From positions 158,794 to 222,793 of the forward strand of contig MVDH01000001.1 in NCBI GenBank assembly GCA_003056245.1: a stretch of DNA of 64,000 nt, read 5' to 3'. A program made the position numbers and the translations under genes. The notes under the pieces are model-generated. The model was not told where the DNA came from. It worked only from the letters and a program-made list of their open reading frames with translations, and did no database searches. The stretch comes from Cellvibrio sp. 79. Lineage in GTDB: Bacteria > Pseudomonadota > Gammaproteobacteria > Pseudomonadales > Cellvibrionaceae. Shown here one piece after another: positions 58,630-64,000 of the stretch (within the stretch, counting starts at the first letter, position 1; every line of letters starts with the position of its first letter).

Positions 58630-59610
58630 TTACAAGGGTTGGCTAAAGCAATCAATCAATTGCATTACTGCTTTGGCTTCGCTGATAGTACAGGGATTGT
58701 CACGCTCGCCGCGGAAATAATTATTGACCTGTTCAATCATTGGTTGCTGGATGTGTTGTGGATTTGGAACAATTATTTCTTCGTTTCCATTCTTGTTACT
58801 TAAGCGAATTATTTGCTGGCCAAAAAAATTAATCGTGAGTTTTCCTTCGGTGCCGATAATTTCGCATAAGTCGCGTGTCTGTTCTATTCCCACTGCGAAA
58901 TGCCAGCGGCCTTGTAATAATACACCTGATTGTAATTTCGCCCATCCATGTACAGTGTCGTCGGCATTATTGAATTGTCGCTGGTTAAATCCAAAACCGT
59001 TTGCATTTATTACCGGGCCGAACCAATAGAGCATCAAATCCAATTGGTGTGGCGATAAATCATGAAATAAACCGCCACCCGATAATGCCGGATTGACTCG
59101 CCAGTTATCTTCTGTAGTGGTAATAATTTTTGACACGGCGGGTTGCAACATGTCCAGTTGTACCAACAGCGGTTCGCCGATGGCGCCAGCGCGAATTAAC
59201 TCATGCAATTTCATAAAGCAGGGTACATGGCGGCGATAATGTGCAGCAGTAACTTTTTTACCGGTACTTTTTTCTATGGCGATAATATCGTCACATTCAG
59301 CAGCGTTGAGCGTAACCGGTTTTTCGATGTAGACATTTTTGCCGGCTTTCATCGCGGCAATCGCATAATCTTTATGCTGTGCGGGTGGTGTGGCGATATA
59401 AACAGCATTTATTTCCGGGTTTGCTAACAAATCTTCAGCATTGTCGTACCAATGGGGAACATTATGGCGCTGTGCATAATCGCGCGCTTTATCACCATTG
59501 CGGCGCATTACGGCGATTAATTCCGAACCGGGCGCTTTGTAAAAACCTGGGCCACTTTTTACTTCGCATACATCGCCAACACCAATAATTCCCCAACGGA
59601 TTTTTTGCAT
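58630..59610 (-). CDS. Gfo/Idh/MocA-family oxidoreductase
   Basis: WGIIGVG, YIATPP, YIEKP, GGGLFHDLSPH. Confidence 0.93.
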   Translation of the reverse strand: MQKIRWGIIGVGDVCEVKSGPGFYKAPGSELIAVMRRNGDKARDYAQRHNVPHWYDNAEDLLANPEINAVYIATPPAQHKDYAIAAMKAGKNVYIEKPVTLNAAECDDIIAIEKSTGKKVTAAHYRRHVPCFMKLHELIRAGAIGEPLLVQLDMLQPAVSKIITTTEDNWRVNPALSGGGLFHDLSPHQLDLMLYWFGPVINANGFGFNQRQFNNADDTVHGWAKLQSGVLLQGRWHFAVGIEQTRDLCEIIGTEGKLTINFFGQQIIRLSNKNGNEEIIVPNPQHIQQPMIEQVNNYFRGERDNPCTISEAKAVMQLIDCFSQPL

Positions 59611-59653
59611 ACTCGACTCACTTGTTCCAACGGCTTGGTTTTATGGCGGAAAT

Positions 59654-60487
59654 TTATTCAACAAGGGTAATCTTGTCTTTTTCAATCAGGATTTTGCGTT
59701 GCTTGTACAGCAGGCTCAGTGCATTTTTATAATTGCCTTTGCTTACATTGAATACTTTATAAATAGTATCGGGTTCGCTTTTATCGGTGAGGAAGGAAAC
59801 GCCGCCGCGTTTTTGTAAATCGGCAAGAATTTTTTCAGCCAGATCTTCTTTGCTGTCGCGCGCACGTTGTTGCAAACTCAAATCGATTTTACGGTCATCG
59901 CGGATGGTTTTAATAAAACCTTTTACTTTTTCGCCGTAAAGCAGTGTGCGAAAAGCATCATCGCGAAAAATTAAACCCAGGTGAGAGTTGTTGATAACCG
60001 CCTTATAGCCCATATCGCTACGGCCACAAATAATTAAATCGACCGGTTGTTGTGCGCGGAAACCACTGGCGCGTTCTTCCAAATGGCGATTCAAGCGCGA
60101 TGACGCAGTAATGCGTCCGGTGTGTTCATCCAGATAAATACAAACCACGTAGGAGCGACTCGCCTCCATGGGTTTATGTTGTTCGCTGTAAGGTACTAAT
60201 AAATCTTTGGGCAAACCCCAATCCAGAAATGCACCTACCTGATTAACTTCCTTCACTTCCAGGAATGCGCATTCACCGACAGTGGCTTTAGGCGTAAGGG
60301 TGGTCGCGATAATACAATCGTCAGAATCCAGATAGATAAATACATCCAGCTCATCACCAATATTCATCGCCTCGGTGACATAGCGTTTGGGCAATAAAAT
60401 GTTGCCATATTTTCCGCCATCCAGAAAAAGGCCAAAGTCAGTGCGTTTGATAATTTTTAAACGATTTTGATCGCCAACCCGTAACAT
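59654..60487 (-). CDS. CvfB/YitL-family S1 RNA-binding protein
   Basis: GAFLDWGLPKDLLVP, repeated S1 domains, C-terminal winged helix (SKGNYKNALSLLYK). Confidence 0.92.
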   Translation of the reverse strand: MLRVGDQNRLKIIKRTDFGLFLDGGKYGNILLPKRYVTEAMNIGDELDVFIYLDSDDCIIATTLTPKATVGECAFLEVKEVNQVGAFLDWGLPKDLLVPYSEQHKPMEASRSYVVCIYLDEHTGRITASSRLNRHLEERASGFRAQQPVDLIICGRSDMGYKAVINNSHLGLIFRDDAFRTLLYGEKVKGFIKTIRDDRKIDLSLQQRARDSKEDLAEKILADLQKRGGVSFLTDKSEPDTIYKVFNVSKGNYKNALSLLYKQRKILIEKDKITLVE

Positions 60488-60674
60488 AGAAAACCTTTGC
60501 TAATACCTGTGCATGAGATGTTGCACAGTGTATGCGTTATGCGCAGGGGATTTCCAGTTTTACCGTTAGATCACTGGAATATAACGAGTTCTAAACAGGA
60601 ACAGGGACAATCGCGGTGCTGGCAATAGGTGTGAGAAAAAGGAGTCGCATCGACTCCTTTTGGTCCGTAGTCGG

Positions 60675-61589
60675 CTACGAAAATGTCTCCAGTGTTTGCA
60701 GTAAGGTTTGTAATTTTTTGTTCCCCGCTTCATCCAGCGCTTGGAGCGGTTTGCGCGGTTCGCCTACTGGTAAACCTTTCAATTTCAATCCTGCCTTAAT
60801 GGTTGTCGGCAATCCACCTTTCAGAATAAATTCCAGCAGTGGCAATTGTTTATAAAATAGTTCGCGTGCTAAATCGATGTCGTTATTTTGAATGGCTTGA
60901 TAAAGTTTTAGTGGCCACTGCGAAATTATATTCGATGCAGCAGTGCACCAGCCGGTTGCGCCAGCGGCGAAAGCTTCGAGAGCCAACGGATTACTGCCGT
61001 TATAAAAAGGTAATTCATTGTTAGCCAGCAAACGAATTTTATGCATGCGCTGAATATCACCGGTGCTTTCTTTTACCATGGTGACATTATCGATGGATTT
61101 AAACAGTTGTACGATTAATTCCGGTGACATATCAATACCGCTAGTCGCCGGATTGTTGTAAACCATAATCGGCAATGAAACTGCATCGGCAATTTTTGCA
61201 TAGTGATTAAAAATTTCATCAGGTGTCAGTTTCCAATAGGAAACCGGTAATACCATCACTGCGTCAGCCCCGGCTTTTTCAGCAATTTTTGCGCGTTTTA
61301 CCGCGTTTTGTGTGGTCAGGTCAGATACGCCAACAATAACGGGCAAACGTTTGTTGACTGCTTTAATACTGGCCTGTGCAACTTCCGTCCATTCTTCATC
61401 ATTTAAATAAGCGCTTTCACCGGTACTACCCAATGGTGCAATCGCGTGGGAACCGCTATTGATTAATTGATCAATCAATACGCTCAACGTTTTAATATCC
61501 ACCTCGCCATTTGCTGAAAACGGTGTGATGGGATAGGTAATAATTCCTTGAAGACGAGAGGCGTTGAATAAATTGGTTTGGCTAGTCAT
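60675..61589 (-). CDS. DapA/NanA-family class I aldolase
   Basis: LGSTGES, MVYNNP, VKES (Schiff-base Lys). Confidence 0.92.
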   Translation of the reverse strand: MTSQTNLFNASRLQGIITYPITPFSANGEVDIKTLSVLIDQLINSGSHAIAPLGSTGESAYLNDEEWTEVAQASIKAVNKRLPVIVGVSDLTTQNAVKRAKIAEKAGADAVMVLPVSYWKLTPDEIFNHYAKIADAVSLPIMVYNNPATSGIDMSPELIVQLFKSIDNVTMVKESTGDIQRMHKIRLLANNELPFYNGSNPLALEAFAAGATGWCTAASNIISQWPLKLYQAIQNNDIDLARELFYKQLPLLEFILKGGLPTTIKAGLKLKGLPVGEPRKPLQALDEAGNKKLQTLLQTLETFS

Positions 61590-61625
61590 AAAAAATATCC
61601 TCAGTGCGTTATAGAAAAATAAAAT

Positions 61626-62408
61626 CTATTGCAAACAATCGTGGTGATTGCGCAGTGCGCGACGGGCGTAGTAAGCAAAAAAAGCCTGGTGACGTTTGGG
61701 CGTTGAGGTCCAGTCGTGCGCTTCCTGTGCAAGCGTTGCGTCAAGCGGTTTAATATTTCCGGCGGCCATCGCGGTGAGTTGCATACGCGCCGCGCGCTCA
61801 AATAAATGGGCGAGCATCAATGCTTCTTCTACGGTGCGACCGGTGACGAGCAATCCATGGTGCGCCAAAAATAAGCAGCGTTTATTGCCCAGCGCTTCAG
61901 AAATAATCTGGCCTTCACTGTTGCCCACTGGAATACCGGGCCAATTCGGAAGGAATGCACAATCGTTAAAAAGCGGCGTGGTATCCATATGCGAAATCAC
62001 CAGCGGTGTTTCGAGCATGGATAAGGTGGCTACGTGAAATGGATGGGTGTGGATGATGCAATTGATTTCGGGATTGCTGCGATAAACCCAGGTATGAAAA
62101 CGGTTGGCGGGGTTAGGCATTCCTTCACCGCGCAAGCGATTCAAGTCTTCGTCCACTACCAGCAAATTGGATGCGGTAATTTCATCAAACCCCAAACCCA
62201 ATTGTTGGGTGTAATAGGTGCCGGGCTGATCGGCACGGGCAGTGATTTGCCCGGCCAAACCGGAATCGTGGCCGGCATCAAATAAAATCCGGCAGGCGAG
62301 CGCCAGCTTTTCCGGTGTATTCCATTGGGGCGCCGCTAAAAACTGCTCCATTTTTTGGTGTGACTGACGGACTAACTCATCCTTCGACATATTAAGGGTG
62401 TTGGCCAT
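61626..62408 (-). CDS. Class II aldolase/adducin-family protein
   Basis: NPANRFH, IIHTHP, LAHHG metal-binding His motifs. Confidence 0.92.
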   Translation of the reverse strand: MANTLNMSKDELVRQSHQKMEQFLAAPQWNTPEKLALACRILFDAGHDSGLAGQITARADQPGTYYTQQLGLGFDEITASNLLVVDEDLNRLRGEGMPNPANRFHTWVYRSNPEINCIIHTHPFHVATLSMLETPLVISHMDTTPLFNDCAFLPNWPGIPVGNSEGQIISEALGNKRCLFLAHHGLLVTGRTVEEALMLAHLFERAARMQLTAMAAGNIKPLDATLAQEAHDWTSTPKRHQAFFAYYARRALRNHHDCLQ

Positions 62409-62475
62409 AGCTTGGCTCCGTATGTAGGTGAGGTGGTTGACGGGAAATCTTGATGGGGTAATAGTGCGACGTTTT

Positions 62476-62496
62476 CTGGACCCTTAAAACGTCCAG
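62476..62496. promoter_or_regulatory. Candidate MocR-family operator
   Basis: CTGGAC-N9-GTCCAG inverted repeat in the divergent intergenic region. Confidence 0.5.
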
Positions 62497-62545
62497 TTTT
62501 CAAATTATCGCGGGGCCAGATGATGAGGCTGTGTATGGAGGGCGT

Positions 62546-64000
62546 ATGCTGCGGAATTGGTATCTGACGATTGTGCTGGAGCGCACTGCAGGCGTTGCGC
62601 TGCACTTGCAACTGGTGCAAGCAATAATTCAGGAGATCCAGCGGGGACGGTTATTGCCGGGCGCTGCCTTACCCGGCAGTCGCACCATTGCCGATGCGCT
62701 ATCGCTCAACCGTAAAACAGTGGTACAGGCTTACGATGAATTACTCGCGCAAGGCTGGATTGAAACCCAGGCGCGCCGCGGTGCATTTGTTTCTGCGCGC
62801 TTGCCGACGCCAGCGCTTGAACGCATAAATAAAACGGCGGCAAAGATTCCGGATTCGTTTGTGAAATCCTTACCTCCTAATGGACTCACTGCATTTTTAG
62901 AATCAATTGAAGAAAAGTCTGGTGCTATTCGTTTTAGCGACGGTGTTCCCGACGCGCGCCTTGTGCCGTTTGATGTTCTATCGCGCGCGTATCGCCGCGC
63001 ATTGTTGCATTCAGCCCGCGCTAATCGATTAGCTTATGATGATGCACGGGGAAATTTATTATTGCGTGACGCCATTGCCGATATGCTCAGGTCCGAGCGC
63101 GGGATGAGTGTTACTAACGCGCAAATTTGTGTGGTGCGCGGCAGTCAAATGGGTATTTATTTAAGCGCGCGTCTGTTAGCCATTAAGGAAATGTTTGTTG
63201 ATAAAGCGGCGGACAGTAAAGGTTGTGTGGTGATGGAAGATCTCAGTTACCCACCGGCGCGCGAAGCGTTTGCCTCATTGGGTATTGCGATTAGCTACAT
63301 CGGACAGGATGGTGCAGGTATGGATCTTGATGCATTGGAAGTTCTTTGTTCACAGCGTAAAGTCAGTGCGGTTTACGTCACTCCACACCATCAATTCCCC
63401 ACTACAGTGATGCTTTCTGTTGAAAGGCGAATTCGCCTGCTCGAATTAGCGCGACGTTATGATTTTCTCATCATTGAAGATGATTATGACCATGAGTTTC
63501 ACTTTGCGCACAACCCCATGTTGCCGTTGGCGAGTATGGATACTGAAGGGCGCGTAATTCATATCGGCTCACTTTCCAAAGTGCTCGCACCGGGTTTGCG
63601 TCTGGGTTATATCGCCGCGCCGGAAGCAGTGATTAATCGTTGCATGAATGAAATTATGTTGATTGATCGTCAGGGCAATGCATTAACTGAACTGGCTGTA
63701 GCAGAATTGATGCGCACCGGCGAAATAAAACGGCATGTGCGACGCGCATTAAAAATTTACAAAGAGCGGCGCGACTATGCAGTGCGGCGCGTGGGTGAAT
63801 TAATTCCATCGGTAAAATTTACGGTTCCGGCGGGAGGGTTGGCGTTATGGTTGGAATTGGATGCTCGGATAGATATGCAGCGTTTACAACGCGATGCCTT
63901 GATTTACGGCGTGGCTATTTTACCTGGCCAATTATTTTCCGGAACGGGCCGCGCAATTCCTGCGTTACGGCTGGGTTATGCCAGTTTAAACCAGGAGGAA
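62546..64000 (+). CDS. MocR/GabR-family regulator (GntR wHTH plus PLP domain); 3' end beyond the window
   Basis: Not in the ORF track. Manual translation: LPGSRTIADALSLNRKTVVQAYDELLAQGW; later IEDDYDHEF and GSLSKVLAPGLRLGY. Confidence 0.93.
   Translation, partial: MLRNWYLTIVLERTAGVALHLQLVQAIIQEIQRGRLLPGAALPGSRTIADALSLNRKTVVQAYDELLAQGWIETQARRGAFVSARLPTPALERINKTAAKIPDSFVKSLPPNGLTAFLESIEEKSGAIRFSDGVPDARLVPFDVLSRAYRRALLHSARANRLAYDDARGNLLLRDAIADMLRSERGMSVTNAQICVVRGSQMGIYLSARLLAIKEMFVDKAADSKGCVVMEDLSYPPAREAFASLGIAISYIGQDGAGMDLDALEVLCSQRKVSAVYVTPHHQFPTTVMLSVERRIRLLELARRYDFLIIEDDYDHEFHFAHNPMLPLASMDTEGRVIHIGSLSKVLAPGLRLGYIAAPEAVINRCMNEIMLIDRQGNALTELAVAELMRTGEIKRHVRRALKIYKERRDYAVRRVGELIPSVKFTVPAGGLALWLELDARIDMQRLQRDALIYGVAILPGQLFSGTGRAIPALRLGYASLNQEE

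Overview
A 64-kb bacterial chromosomal window. It is probably from a Cellvibrio-like saprophytic gammaproteobacterium, inferred from the GH18/GH26/GH3/GH51 enzymes, a Ser-rich lipoprotein linker and PEP-CTERM proteins. Most of it is ordinary metabolism and transport: TatD-family, GGDEF, chitinase, SufE-family, a sigma54 two-component system with a MacAB-like exporter, uxaC, mannanase, beta-glucosidase, dinB, arabinofuranosidase, cysK, an ABC-2 exporter, a DUF350/DUF1190/GSP-synthase trio, an S8 protease, a TonB-dependent receptor and a MocR-aldolase locus. The accessory block at about 6.0-16.8 kb has two parts. The first is a decayed polymorphic-toxin region: a Tse2/Tsi2-like pair, an orphan Rhs C-terminus with a HEAT-repeat immunity gene, two symE pseudogene copies, a truncated XRE gene and a c4/Ash-like structured leader. 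The second is the best novelty candidate, an intact five-gene minus-strand cluster (10138-16445). It encodes three mutually paralogous exported proteins of a family I cannot name (one a lipoprotein), a fourth exported protein and a tetraheme c-type cytochrome, with an internal terminator after the putative major subunit. No rRNA, tRNA, CRISPR array, integrase or transposase was seen. All family assignments come from motif recognition by eye; no database search was run.
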